DNA from: Myxococcota bacterium
GTDB lineage: Bacteria; Myxococcota_A; UBA9160; SZUA-336
Assembly: GCA_965247115.1 (NCBI GenBank)
Contig: CBDFGR010000003.1
Location: 448,001 to 512,000 of the forward strand
DNA length: 64,000 bases
Reading direction: 5' to 3'
Shown here: positions 46,100 through 56,252 of the stretch, one piece after another
Numbering within the stretch: the first letter of the stretch is position 1
How the letters are laid out: each line of letters starts with the position of its first letter
Position numbers and translations under genes: made by a program
Notes under the pieces: generated by a model
What the model was told of the DNA's origin: nothing
The model's database searches: none
What the model saw: only the letters and a program-made list of their open reading frames with translations

Positions 46100-46477
46100 T
46101 CAGGAGACCTTGTCCGCCTTCTCGTCGTGAGCTCCATTCACGCGGAGCCACGTCCCATGGCGCAGCGACAGGTCGAGCTCCGCGGCACACAGGTTGCGCG
46201 GGAAGCGTGCGCCGCCAATCCGCGCCCCGTGCAGGCTCGCTCCATCGAGTTCCGCATAGATCAGGTCGACGCCGCGCAGGTCGGCGTTGCGCAGGTCGGC
46301 GTTGCGCAGGTAGGCGCCCCGGAGGTTCGCGTGAGAGAGATCCGCGCCGCGCAAGTCGAGACCCCGAAGGCTGGCGTTCTCGAGCTGCGGGGCGTCTTCT
46401 GCGGCACGTTCGTTAAACTCGTCGAGCTTGCTCTCGACGAGCAGATGGCGTAGCCCGGAGCTCCGATCGAGCGTCAT
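46100..46477 (-). CDS. Pentapeptide-repeat protein
   Basis: A(D/N)LxG/xA repeats (ADLSH ANLRG AYLRN ADLRN ADLRG). Confidence 0.9.
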   Translation of the reverse strand: MTLDRSSGLRHLLVESKLDEFNERAAEDAPQLENASLRGLDLRGADLSHANLRGAYLRNADLRNADLRGVDLIYAELDGASLHGARIGGARFPRNLCAAELDLSLRHGTWLRVNGAHDEKADKVS

Positions 46478-46547
46478 ACAGCTCTCCTTCTCGGCCCCTA
46501 TCGGGGCTGGTGGCTCGGAGCTTGAGACGATCGGGTCGCTGCCCGTG

Positions 46548-49500
46548 CTACTTCGTGCGCAGGCCAGGCGGCCCGTCGCACACGCCTGCAGCTGTGAGCA
46601 CGCTCAGGGCCTGCCTCTCGTAGCGCCCCAGCCCGCGCTCGCGAAACATCGCGGCAGACTCAGCGGCGTCCCGGTCTCGCGCCTCGGCCTCACCGCGTAG
46701 GGCCGCCAGCTTCGCGCGGCCGAGCAGCGCCTTGGCTTGTACGAAACGCGCGCCGAGGTTCCTGGCCGAGCGCAGCGCCTCGTTCAAACAACGCTCTGCA
46801 TTCCCCCACCCAGACGGACCTCCTGCCAGCGCAACGGCGCCCAAGCTCAAAAGGCCCCTGGCCTCGCGCAGGCGGCCGCCGCCGCGGGCACTGCTTCCCT
46901 CGGCAACCCGCCTCGCGCGCTCGAGCTCGCCGGCTGCGAGCAGCGCTTCCACGATCAGGTCGACGTTCGTGGGCAGCTCGCCGTTTCGGAGGCTCTCCTC
47001 GATCCTCTCGAGCTCCGCGGCCTCCGCCATGCGCTCGCCACTCTCGGCGCGCACGGCGATCCTGACGGCTCGCATCGATCGGGCGGCCGCCACGTTCTCG
47101 ATCTGATCCGCGATGCCCAGGTCGAGCTCCGACCAGCGCCCGGCCTCGGAGCTGTTGTCTTGCGCGAACTCCAGGAAGGAGAGCAACGCGGCGCTCCCGG
47201 TCTGGAGAGTGCGGTTGTTGTGACGACGCGCCAGCTCGTAGGTCTCGCGCAGGCGGGGCTCCACCGTCAGGAACTCATCCGCCTCGAAGAGGACCCGGTC
47301 CCGAAAGAAGAGCGCGCCCAGGTAGGCGTCCGAGCTGCCTTCCTTCCCGTACAGTTTCTCCACCTCGAGCAGGGCCGCTTCGCTCTCGCGGCGAGCGTCC
47401 TCGAAACGTCCGTCGCGTGCGAGTGCCCAGCCGAGACTGCGGGAGATACGGGCCGCCGACGCCTCGTGTCCAGCCCGACGCGCGACGTCCAGGCCCTGCT
47501 CGACCAGAGCCAGTCCCTCGTCGAAGTCTCCATCGCGACTATCGATCACGAGCAGGCCGCGGTTCGCCAGCAGGTTCGCAAGCTCCTCACGGTCAGCGAG
47601 CCGCTCCGCGAGCTCTATGCCACGGCGAGCAGCCCGGAGCTGCTCTTCTCGTTCTCGCCCGTAGACGAGGCCCACACGCGCGACACCCGCACTGGCGTGG
47701 AGCACCGAACGCAGCAGCGACTCGTCCTCGTCGGGCGATTCGCCGAGGTTGGCCTCGGCCAACCCCCAGGCCTCCCGATACAGGCGAGCCGCATCCCCGT
47801 ACGACGGCAATGCCCCTGCCTCTGCGCCGGCCTGGAGGAGCAGGCGCGTACCCTTGCCCCGATCGTCGCTGCGGGCAAAGTGGTGCGCCAGCAGCGGCAA
47901 TCTCACCCTCGCTTCTCCGTCCGCCGCCTCGAGCAGCTCGCCTACGCGCCGGTGCAGCGTGCGCCGCTCGCGCAGCAGCAACGCGCCGTACGCAACCTCC
48001 TGCGTCAGGCTCTCACCGAAGCGGAACTCGTCCTTGTCCACGCCGAGCTTCCGGTGGACGATCCCGAGTCGCTCGAGCTCCTCGAGCTCCCGATCCACGT
48101 CGATGTTCTCTCCGCTCGCGAGGGCGGAGAGCTGCGGCCTGCGGAACTGGCGTCCGAACACCGAGGCGATCTGCGCTACGCGCTTGGCCGAGGGGCTCAG
48201 GCGGTCGAGCCGTGCCTCGAGCAGCTCGTGCACGGTGTCGGGGATGCGGATCTCTTCGACCGGACGGGTGAGCTCGACCCGACCCGAGCTACTCACCAGC
48301 GTCCCATCCTCGACCAGGGTCTTCGTCAGCTCCTCGAGGAACAGCGGGTTTCCCTCGCCCTTGGCGAGCACACGCTCCTCCAGCTCGATCGGGAGCGGAC
48401 CACCCGCGCGGGCACGCACGATCTCCGCGCCCTCCTCCCGAGACAGGGGGGAGAGGTGCAGCTGGGTCAGCGCCGCTGCGGACTTCCAGGCCGGCACGTA
48501 TTGCGGCCTGTGGGTCACGAGCAGCATCGAGCGACCCTGCTCGAACTTCGAGAGGGAGAGCTCCAGCATCTCGCGCGAGGCGTCGTCGATCCAGTGCAGA
48601 TCCTCGACGATCATCAGCACAGGCGTACGCATGGCTGCGCGCGTGACGAGCCCCACCACCGCGGCGAACGAGCGCAGCTTGTACTCCTCGGCGCCCACCT
48701 CCACGTCGGGTAGGGAGAGCATGGCGTGGAGACCTGGGGCGACGTCCTCCTCGTAGGTGCCGAGACCTGCCAGTCCCTTTTCGATCTTGCGGCGAGTTTC
48801 CTCTGCCTCTTCTCCCGGCACGATGCCGAAGTAGCGCTGAATCATGCTGACCCACGGGGAGTACGGCGTGCCCTGAGTCAGCGAAGAGCAACGCGCCTCG
48901 AAGAGGGACACCTCGTCTTGCTGAAGCTGCTGCTTGAACTCGTAGATCACGCGCGACTTGCCGGAGCCCGCTGGGCCGACGACGGCGACAACCTGGCCAA
49001 GGCGGCCGCGCGAGCTCTGGTAGCACGAGTCCAGCTGAGCCAGCTGCTCGGCTCGGCCGACGAGAGGCGTCAGCCCCTCGGAGCGCGCGATGGACATGGG
49101 TGTGAGGACCTCGGACAGGCCGAGTACCTCGTGCGCCTGAATCGGGTCGCGCTTGCCCTTGACGTCGAACGGGCCGAGCGGACGGGTATGGAAGGCGTCG
49201 CGCACGACGCGGTGTGTGGCATCACTGACCAGGATCGAGCCCGGAGCAGCCAGCGTCTGGAGCCTAGCCGCCAGGTTCGTCGTGTCGCCGATCGCGGTGT
49301 AGTCCATCTTCAGGTCGTTGCCGACGGTACCCGCCACGACCATCCCGGTATGAATCCCGATCCGTGCCCTGAGCTCGATGCCTCCCGCCCGCGGCTCGAG
49401 CAGAGAGAGCGCGCGCTGGATCGCGACCGCCGCGCGAACTGCGCGCTCGGAATCGTTCTCGTATGAGATGGGTGCGCCGAAGAGCGCCATCAGCCCGTCG

Positions 49501-49955
49501 CCCGAGAGCTGGTTCACGACGCCCTCGAGGCGATAGACCTCCTCGAAGACGAGCTCCAGGTATGACTCCAGCAGCTCCCTGTACTCCTCCGGGTCAAGCT
49601 CCTCGGCAATCGCCGTAGAGCCCACGAGATCGCAGAACAGTACGGTTGCCCGCTTGCGCTCGCCCGCCACCGAGCCTGCCTGACGGATCTTCTCCGCCGC
49701 CGCCTGCGGGATGTGCCTGGCGAGCCGTAAGAAGCGCTCGCCTTCCGCGTCCGTCTCGCGCTGCGCAGGGCTCTCGACCGCTCCGGCAGCGGGATGCGGG
49801 AGGGAAACCGAGGTGCCGCAATCGGGGCAGAAGCGGTACTCCGGCTCCAGCGGCGCGCCACACCGGCCGCAGCCGCTCGACGCCCGGGCCCCACAGACGT
49901 GGCAGAAGCTCTTTCCCTCGATCAGATCCGTCTGGCAGCTGGAGCACCGCATCAC
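46548..49955 (-). CDS. Double zinc ribbon - class III cyclase - AAA/STAND ATPase - TPR protein
   Basis: Four CxxC pairs; VLFCDLVGST, GDG, GDTTNLAARL; Walker A GPAGSGKS, Walker B IVEDLHW, GNPLFLEE; helical C-terminus. Confidence 0.9.
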   Translation of the reverse strand: MMRCSSCQTDLIEGKSFCHVCGARASSGCGRCGAPLEPEYRFCPDCGTSVSLPHPAAGAVESPAQRETDAEGERFLRLARHIPQAAAEKIRQAGSVAGERKRATVLFCDLVGSTAIAEELDPEEYRELLESYLELVFEEVYRLEGVVNQLSGDGLMALFGAPISYENDSERAVRAAVAIQRALSLLEPRAGGIELRARIGIHTGMVVAGTVGNDLKMDYTAIGDTTNLAARLQTLAAPGSILVSDATHRVVRDAFHTRPLGPFDVKGKRDPIQAHEVLGLSEVLTPMSIARSEGLTPLVGRAEQLAQLDSCYQSSRGRLGQVVAVVGPAGSGKSRVIYEFKQQLQQDEVSLFEARCSSLTQGTPYSPWVSMIQRYFGIVPGEEAEETRRKIEKGLAGLGTYEEDVAPGLHAMLSLPDVEVGAEEYKLRSFAAVVGLVTRAAMRTPVLMIVEDLHWIDDASREMLELSLSKFEQGRSMLLVTHRPQYVPAWKSAAALTQLHLSPLSREEGAEIVRARAGGPLPIELEERVLAKGEGNPLFLEELTKTLVEDGTLVSSSGRVELTRPVEEIRIPDTVHELLEARLDRLSPSAKRVAQIASVFGRQFRRPQLSALASGENIDVDRELEELERLGIVHRKLGVDKDEFRFGESLTQEVAYGALLLRERRTLHRRVGELLEAADGEARVRLPLLAHHFARSDDRGKGTRLLLQAGAEAGALPSYGDAARLYREAWGLAEANLGESPDEDESLLRSVLHASAGVARVGLVYGREREEQLRAARRGIELAERLADREELANLLANRGLLVIDSRDGDFDEGLALVEQGLDVARRAGHEASAARISRSLGWALARDGRFEDARRESEAALLEVEKLYGKEGSSDAYLGALFFRDRVLFEADEFLTVEPRLRETYELARRHNNRTLQTGSAALLSFLEFAQDNSSEAGRWSELDLGIADQIENVAAARSMRAVRIAVRAESGERMAEAAELERIEESLRNGELPTNVDLIVEALLAAGELERARRVAEGSSARGGGRLREARGLLSLGAVALAGGPSGWGNAERCLNEALRSARNLGARFVQAKALLGRAKLAALRGEAEARDRDAAESAAMFRERGLGRYERQALSVLTAAGVCDGPPGLRTK

Positions 49956-50199
49956 CTCCAGACCTTGGTGCCGGAGTGGCCGGACGTCAACCGAGGTCGC
50001 TCTCGCCCACTCCCATCACCTGGCTGTACGCCAGGGCGGAGCGACCTCGAGCAGCGAGGCCTCTCCTGGCACGCCGATGCGCAGGGGAAAGCCGCAAAAG
50101 CTCGCACCGTCAGGTCCGCGGCACCGGCCGGCACGAAGCGGAAGCCACTCGGGTCGTGGAGCAGGAGGATGCGATAGGCTAGCCGGCTGGAGGCCATGC

Positions 50200-50652
50200 A
50201 TGAGAATCTTCGCGATCGCGTGTACCGCACTGTTCACGCTCAGCGCCTGCGGTCCCGTGGAGCAGGTGTCCGGCGGACGGCTCTTCGGAGAGAAAGTCAG
50301 AGCGCCGGTTTCTGACTGGAGCTTCACCGACGAGATCCTGACCATCGCAGTGGAGACCCGCCCGAGCTTCCCCCACTCCATCACCACCTGGTGCTTCACG
50401 TACGGAGGAGACCTCTACGTTCCCGCGGGCGACCCTGCCACGAAGAAGTGGCCGGAGCTCGTGCGCCAGAACCCCTCCGTTCGCCTCGCTATTGACGGAA
50501 AGATCTATGCCGGCCGGCTCGTGCAGCAGACGGATCGAGTGGAGCTCCGCAAGCTGCTCGAGCCCCTCGCAGCCAAGTACCACCTCGGCGACCTGTCGTC
50601 CGACCCTTCCCGGGACTTCGCTCTCTACCGCTTCGACTACCAGCCGAGCTAG
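50200..50652 (+). CDS. Lipoprotein with probable split-barrel (DUF2255/PNPOx-like) domain
   Basis: Lipobox LSAC; PHSITTW, W...V..NPSVRL.IDGKIY, AKY. Confidence 0.7.
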   Translation: MRIFAIACTALFTLSACGPVEQVSGGRLFGEKVRAPVSDWSFTDEILTIAVETRPSFPHSITTWCFTYGGDLYVPAGDPATKKWPELVRQNPSVRLAIDGKIYAGRLVQQTDRVELRKLLEPLAAKYHLGDLSSDPSRDFALYRFDYQPS

Positions 50653-50782
50653 ACGCTAACTGCGCGTTTTTGTTTCTCTATCCAAGGCCGCGAATCTCAG
50701 CGGACCGCGGGGCGTCTAACGCACGTGTCGGGTCCTGCTCGTGGAGACACGGGCGGTTGCACCGGACGCTCACCGCAAGCCG

Positions 50783-51724
50783 ATGAGACGTACACACCTC
50801 TCCATTCTCAGAGGGCTCAGTGCCGGAGTCGTCGCCGGAGCGTTGGCCGCATGCGGCACGTTCAGCAACCCCGAGTCCGAGCCCATTCAGGTCAACAGCC
50901 AGCGCCTGGTCGACCACAGAACCAGCCTGGCCGGAAAGGTGGCGTCTATCTCGGGCTATCTCGTGGCCGCTGACACGATCGCGGATCGGATCTGCCTCAG
51001 GGTACTCGTCGACGAGACGCTGCGCGCGGCGCCCATGCTGCTGATCGAGCGCAGGAGACGGGAGGCCGATGTCGGTCAGACATGGTCGCTCGCAGAGGCC
51101 TACACTGGTGAGCGTCACCGTGAGCTGCGCGTAGAGATGGAAACGGACAGCAACGCGGAGCTGGCAATCGCTTCCGCGGATCCGCTCGTACGGCAGGGCA
51201 TCCAGATCGATCTGCGCACGGAGCTGTTGCGTGCGGATGCAGCCAGTCTCGGAGCCGGGGCGCCTCGCCCGAACCGAGCAGTGGTCATTCAGGCCTGCAA
51301 GCTCCCACCCACAGATGGAAATGAACGCGCCATCCAGCACGCACTCGAGTGGCTGGCGCCTCTCAAGAAGCCAGAGCGCGTCGAGAACGCGCCCGACATA
51401 GCTTCGCTCAGGCGCGAGCTGCAGCTGTTCTACGTGGAGCGTTCAGGAACGTACGACTGGACGCCGCTCGCCGGCGAAGAGGTGGTGGTGACGGGCACCC
51501 TGGTCGACGGAGAAACCGCTTCCGAAGACGAGATCCTGGCCGGTATCGACCTGGTCCCCTCGCTGGTCGGCATCCACGACCCGCAGCGTGGGCGCTGGCT
51601 AGTGATCGACCTGAATTTTGACGACAGCATCGCGAAAGAGCTGACCGTTGGTGTGTTCCGCTCGCACCTTCCCAGGCTCTTCAAGGGCACAACCAAGGCT
51701 GCGTTGAAGACGCTGACTCCATGA
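50783..51724 (+). CDS. Hypothetical lipoprotein
   Basis: Lipobox LAAC; ATGA coupling to the next gene. Confidence 0.7.
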   Translation: MRRTHLSILRGLSAGVVAGALAACGTFSNPESEPIQVNSQRLVDHRTSLAGKVASISGYLVAADTIADRICLRVLVDETLRAAPMLLIERRRREADVGQTWSLAEAYTGERHRELRVEMETDSNAELAIASADPLVRQGIQIDLRTELLRADAASLGAGAPRPNRAVVIQACKLPPTDGNERAIQHALEWLAPLKKPERVENAPDIASLRRELQLFYVERSGTYDWTPLAGEEVVVTGTLVDGETASEDEILAGIDLVPSLVGIHDPQRGRWLVIDLNFDDSIAKELTVGVFRSHLPRLFKGTTKAALKTLTP

Positions 51725-52053
51725 GCAGGGGCGTCGAGCTCTACTCGGGGGCGTGGGTGCCGGGAAAGCGTCCGGCGACTCAGCTCGGACCGCTCGAGGC
51801 CGACGTGTTCGTCTCGGACGAGCCCATCGCTTCGCGGGAGCAGAGGATGGAGCGAGCGGAAGCGCGCGTCTTCGAGGACCTCCGCGAGCGTGCCGCGGAG
51901 CTCGACGCCAACGCCGTCACGTCCATCGAGCTCTCGGTGGACCTCTTCGCGAGCGAGGCAGGACGGAGGGGTACGTGGCTACGAGCCACCGGGACGGCGG
52001 CGAGGCTCGACCCCTGCGGGCGCCGCAGGCAGCTCGTCGCGGAGAGGAGCTAG
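51721..52053 (+). CDS. YbjQ/UPF0145-like (putative heavy-metal-binding) domain protein
   Basis: DLRERAAELDANAV.SI...ATGTA pattern. Confidence 0.7.
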   Translation: MSRGVELYSGAWVPGKRPATQLGPLEADVFVSDEPIASREQRMERAEARVFEDLRERAAELDANAVTSIELSVDLFASEAGRRGTWLRATGTAARLDPCGRRRQLVAERS

Positions 52054-53345
52054 CCGGGCTGCTGCAGTAGAAACAGGCTCAGTGCGGGCCAGTACGTGAA
52101 TACGAGCACGAGCCCCAGCAGCAGTACGAAGAACGGGATGGTCGCTCGGTACACCTCGACGACGGGTCGCTCGAAGCGATAGCTCGAGATGAACAGGTTC
52201 ATCCCCACCGGCGGAGTGATGTAGCCGATCTGCATGTTCGCGAGGAACACGATGCCCAGGTGGACCGGGTGAATGCCGTATCCGATCGCAATCGGGAGAA
52301 TGATGGGAACGATGATCACGATCGCGGAGAAGATGTCGAGCATCATGCCGAGGGCGAGCAGAAAGCAGTTCAGCAGGATGAGAAACGTCCACTTGTCTGT
52401 GACCTGGCCGCGGATCAGCTCGAAGAGTCGCAGCGGGACCTCAGTGTCGATCATGTAGCTGGTCGACGCGAGGGAGACCGAAAGGATGATCAGAATGCCG
52501 CCCACCAGAACCATGGACTCCCGCGTCACCTCGAGCAGCTTCTGCAACGAGATCTCGCGCCGAATCAGGACCTCAACGACCAGCGTGTATAGCGCGGTGA
52601 CCGCGGCCGCCTCGGACAGAGCGAGGTAGCCGCCGTAGATCCCACCGAGAACGACGAACGGCAACGGCAGCTCCCAGCCGGAATCGCGCAAGGCCTCGCG
52701 CGTCTCGCGCCAGGTGTGCGAGGCGCTCGGTAGCGCGTCTCGAGGCACCTTGCCCTGGAACACGCTCCAGAGCGAGAGCACCAGCAGCATGGCGAGGCCC
52801 GGCAGGAGGCCGGCCCGGAAGAGATCGTCGATCCGCACGGGCTGGCCGAGGCTGAGCTGCTGCGCGACGACACCGTAGAGGATCAGCGGAAGGGCCGGCG
52901 CGAAGAGCAGGCCTAGGCTTCCTGAGGTGGTGATGAGGCCGAGGCTGAAGCGTTCCGCATAGCCCGCCTGCCTGAGCGCCGGGTACAGGACGCCCCCGAG
53001 CGCCACGATCGTCACTCCCGACGCCCCTGTAAACGCCGTGAAGAGAGCGCAGGTAACCAGCGACACCACGGCGAGCCCGCCCCGGAGCCAGCCGAGCAGG
53101 GAGTTCGTCAACCGAACCAGGCGCCGCGGTGCACCGCTCTCGCCGAGGATGTAGCCCGCGAAGGTGAAGAGTGGAATCGCCAAAAGAACCGGGACATCCG
53201 TGATGCTGTAGAGATTGATCGCGACGACCGCGAGATCGATGCCCTCGCGCCAGAACCCGATCAGCGCGCCGGCAGCAATGATCGCGTAGAGCGGCGCCCC
53301 CAGAAGCGCGAGGACCAGCAGCGCCGCGGTGACGAGAAGCGTCAA
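52050..53345 (-). CDS. dctM: TRAP transporter large permease
   Basis: LLAIPLFTFAG, FTAFTGASG, SEAAAV, GIHPVH.G...ITPPVGMNLF. Confidence 0.92.
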   Translation of the reverse strand: MTLLVTAALLVLALLGAPLYAIIAAGALIGFWREGIDLAVVAINLYSITDVPVLLAIPLFTFAGYILGESGAPRRLVRLTNSLLGWLRGGLAVVSLVTCALFTAFTGASGVTIVALGGVLYPALRQAGYAERFSLGLITTSGSLGLLFAPALPLILYGVVAQQLSLGQPVRIDDLFRAGLLPGLAMLLVLSLWSVFQGKVPRDALPSASHTWRETREALRDSGWELPLPFVVLGGIYGGYLALSEAAAVTALYTLVVEVLIRREISLQKLLEVTRESMVLVGGILIILSVSLASTSYMIDTEVPLRLFELIRGQVTDKWTFLILLNCFLLALGMMLDIFSAIVIIVPIILPIAIGYGIHPVHLGIVFLANMQIGYITPPVGMNLFISSYRFERPVVEVYRATIPFFVLLLGLVLVFTYWPALSLFLLQQPG

Positions 53346-53854
53346 GAGGGCGACTGCGGGGAGACCAGCGCGCGGATGTAGAGCGCCGACGAGATCAGCG
53401 CGCGTAGCGCGATCACAAAGAAGGCCAGCGGAAGGATCAGCTCGAACGGCCAGGCGGGGAAGCGAGCGAACGCGCTGACCTGCGCCTCGTAATCCAGCGC
53501 TACGAAGCGGACCGAGTGGTAGGCAACCACTGCGGCCACCGCGGCGGCGAACAGGTTCGTACAGGCTCGCGCCAGCAACAGGCGCACCGGAGATAGCGCC
53601 CCGGACAACACGTCTACGCTGATGTGACGGTCGTCGCGGCTCGCCGCCATGGCACCGAGCAGCCCGACCCAGAGCACGAGGACTCGGAGCAGCGGGTCAC
53701 CCCACGCTATGCCCGAGTCAAAGAAGTTGCGCAGGACGATCTGGACCGACGCCAGCAGGACCAGAACTCCCACGAACGCGACCAGCACGGCGTCTTCGAG
53801 GCGCCGCAGCGCTCGGAGGAAGAGCCCGAGTCGCCCCGCTCCGCCAGCGGCCAT
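53342..53854 (-). CDS. dctQ: TRAP transporter small permease
   Basis: 4 TM; QIVLRN, LWVGLLGA, HISVD; coupled to dctP and dctM. Confidence 0.88.
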   Translation of the reverse strand: MAAGGAGRLGLFLRALRRLEDAVLVAFVGVLVLLASVQIVLRNFFDSGIAWGDPLLRVLVLWVGLLGAMAASRDDRHISVDVLSGALSPVRLLLARACTNLFAAAVAAVVAYHSVRFVALDYEAQVSAFARFPAWPFELILPLAFFVIALRALISSALYIRALVSPQSPS

Positions 53855-54873
53855 CACTCGCTCGGGGACGGCGAACGGTTGCGATAGGTTTCGAGATGTC
53901 CCTGAAGCTCCTCGATCATCTCGTCGGAGTAGTAGGCCTCGGCGCGTACCCTGGCCAGCGCTGCATCCGCCACGTCTTGCCAGCGCTTCAGCTCGTCGGG
54001 AGAGCCGGCGACGAACTCGATCCCCTGGCTTCTGAGGGCACGCTTCGCGCCCTCGTCGCTCGTACGATTCCGCTCGTCCAGGCGCATGCCGGAGCGCTGC
54101 GTCACTTCCTGGAGGATGGCCTGGTCGGCTTCGCTGAGCTTCGCGAAGGCCCTGCCATCGACGGCGAGCACGCCAGACAGGTACATCAATGGAACATCGG
54201 TCAGGTAGCGCACCCGGGTGTGCCATTGGAAGGCAATGCAGGCGCCTGGCGAGGCCGCCACCGTGTCGATGAGTCCCGTCTGCAGGCCCGTGTACACATC
54301 CGCAAGGGGAAGCGGGACTGGAGAGACTCCCGCGAGGTCGAGCGCGATCTGGCTGAGCCGATCATCCTCGAGCACCCAGACCCGCGCTCCGGGCAGATCG
54401 TCGAGGGTCTGGACCGGCTTGTTGGAGAGCAGATACGCGAAGCCTCCCTCGCTGATGGCGAGGGCTACCATGCCCGCACTCCGCAGCCCCGCCTGGATCC
54501 GGTGATCCATGCGGGCGCGGACGTAGTCGACCTCTTCGTAGGAGTGGAAGAGGAATGGCAGCCCGTAGATCTCCGTGTCGCGATACAGGTCGGTCAAGCT
54601 GCTGCTGGTAAAGGCACCGCCGTGCAGCTGCCCGATGCGGATCTTCCTCAGCACCGCCTTCTCCGTCCCCATCACGCCACCGGGGTAGAACTTGAGCTTG
54701 ACCCGACCCTCCGTCCGCTGCTCGATCTCGCTGGCCGCGCCGCGCATCTCCTTCATCCACGTGCTGCCCTCCGGGACGACGGTCGCGATCTTTAGGGTTG
54801 CAGCGCGACTCTCTCCGGAGAAGCCCAGCAGCGCGCCAAGCAGCGCCAGGGTCAGCGGTGTCCGAAGCCCCAT
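53854..54873 (-). CDS. dctP: TRAP substrate-binding protein (TatP-type DctP)
   Basis: LKIATVVPEGS.W, YPGGVMG, KIRIGQLHG, VYTGLQTGLID. Confidence 0.92.
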   Translation of the reverse strand: MGLRTPLTLALLGALLGFSGESRAATLKIATVVPEGSTWMKEMRGAASEIEQRTEGRVKLKFYPGGVMGTEKAVLRKIRIGQLHGGAFTSSSLTDLYRDTEIYGLPFLFHSYEEVDYVRARMDHRIQAGLRSAGMVALAISEGGFAYLLSNKPVQTLDDLPGARVWVLEDDRLSQIALDLAGVSPVPLPLADVYTGLQTGLIDTVAASPGACIAFQWHTRVRYLTDVPLMYLSGVLAVDGRAFAKLSEADQAILQEVTQRSGMRLDERNRTSDEGAKRALRSQGIEFVAGSPDELKRWQDVADAALARVRAEAYYSDEMIEELQGHLETYRNRSPSPSE

Positions 54874-54882
54874 CGTGATTCC

Positions 54883-55737
54883 TTAGAAGTAGTCGTCGGC
54901 GTCCTGGAGGAGCTCGCGCGCCTGCTCCTGAGCGATGGTATTGCTCAGCGTCAGATCTCTTGCCACGGGATCGGCGGCGAGCACCTGGTTCAGGAGAGCG
55001 TCGTGCAGCTCCCGGTCGAATACGAGCATGGCGTACTTCTGCGCAAAGAGCACCTTGGCCATCAGGTTCCGATCCCGCGACAGCTCGATCGCCCGCTCGA
55101 AGTGCCGCCGCCCTACCTCGGGCTCGCCTCCCAGCGCGGAAGGGAGGAGGGTCGCCAGCACCCCGAGGTAGAGATAGGCGCTTCCGTTCTCGTAGCCAGG
55201 CTCGAGCTCCACAACCCGCTGCAGCGACGCCTCGATCTTCGGAACCTCGGCCACCGCGGCCCAGTCGTCCGAATTCGCCTGGACCCAGCCTGCCCAGGAG
55301 ACGGCGAAGCCGTAGAGCGCGGGGACATCGGAGCGGCGCAGCTCCGCCAGCCCGGGCTCGAACTCGCGGAAGGGTAGGTCGATGCGTGCGCACAGGTCCG
55401 AGCGACGCACACACAGCGCGCGGCGCCCATATCCCCTGCTTCGATCGGCCAGGCGCAGCGCGCGGGTCTCGTCGTCGACGAAGGCGGAGGCGTAGGCACC
55501 GTAGAGACTGGCGCCGGCAAGTAGCAGGTCCTGGTTGTCCGGCTCAGCATCGATCAGGCCGTCGATCAACAGGAGGTACGCCGGGGCGCCGTCTCGAACC
55601 GTAGCAACGTCGGTCTGATTCAGAATCGCGCGGGAGACGCTGTCCGCCAGACCAGAGGTGGCCGAGCTCGCGAGGGCCGCACAGCCCGTCAGCGCGACGA
55701 GGGGAAGCAACTTGGCGACACGAGCAATCGCGCTCAA
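54883..55737 (-). CDS. TatT (TAtT) TPR lipoprotein of a TPAT transporter (start approximate)
   Basis: Lipobox LTGC; P..LGG.PE..R.HFERA..LS; directly upstream of dctPQM. Confidence 0.85.
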   Translation of the reverse strand: MSAIARVAKLLPLVALTGCAALASSATSGLADSVSRAILNQTDVATVRDGAPAYLLLIDGLIDAEPDNQDLLLAGASLYGAYASAFVDDETRALRLADRSRGYGRRALCVRRSDLCARIDLPFREFEPGLAELRRSDVPALYGFAVSWAGWVQANSDDWAAVAEVPKIEASLQRVVELEPGYENGSAYLYLGVLATLLPSALGGEPEVGRRHFERAIELSRDRNLMAKVLFAQKYAMLVFDRELHDALLNQVLAADPVARDLTLSNTIAQEQARELLQDADDYF

Positions 55738-55841
55738 GCGCGCTGCGGAGGAGGCGCTGCTCTGGAGATCGACGCTTCCATGCTCCGCGCGCACCTTATC
55801 ATCTCGATCGATCCCCCCGAGTACCGGACACCCGCGCGGCA

Positions 55842-56252
55842 CTACTCGGTCGGCAGCTCGCCCGCCCGCCAGCTTCTCATGTGACCCTGGAGGTCGCCGA
55901 GCTCGCGGAAGCCCGCAGTCTTCAGGCTCTCTTCCGCGATCCCGGCGCGCCGACCGGACTCGCAGTACGTGATCACGCCGCGGTCCCGAAACTCCGCGAT
56001 CTCCTCCGTGCGCCTCGGGAGCTCGTCGAAGGGAATGTTCACGGCCCCTGGCAGGTGGCCGGACGCGTACTCGCCCGGACTGCGCACGTCGAGCAGCAAA
56101 GGCCCCTCTCGCGAGCCGTCCTCCTCGATGAGGGCGAGCACTTCCTCCTGCGTATATTCGCGTACCGCTTCGTTCGCTGGGCTGCAGCAGAGGAGCACAC
56201 CAACGAGCAGCGTCACTCCGAGACTCGGCACCTTCCCCCCCGCCTCCGTCAC
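55842..56252 (-). CDS. Exported rhodanese-domain protein
   Basis: LLDVRSPGEYASGHLPGAVNIP, YCESGRRA, L.G....W. Confidence 0.9.
   Translation of the reverse strand: MTEAGGKVPSLGVTLLVGVLLCCSPANEAVREYTQEEVLALIEEDGSREGPLLLDVRSPGEYASGHLPGAVNIPFDELPRRTEEIAEFRDRGVITYCESGRRAGIAEESLKTAGFRELGDLQGHMRSWRAGELPTE

Noticed and set aside
46737..48713. Long antisense or alternative-frame ORFs (this one, 20987-22807, 31388-33337, 15666-17162, 42452-43915 and similar)
   Set aside because: These are shadow ORFs expected in high-GC DNA opposite well-supported genes; they carry no recognisable motifs.
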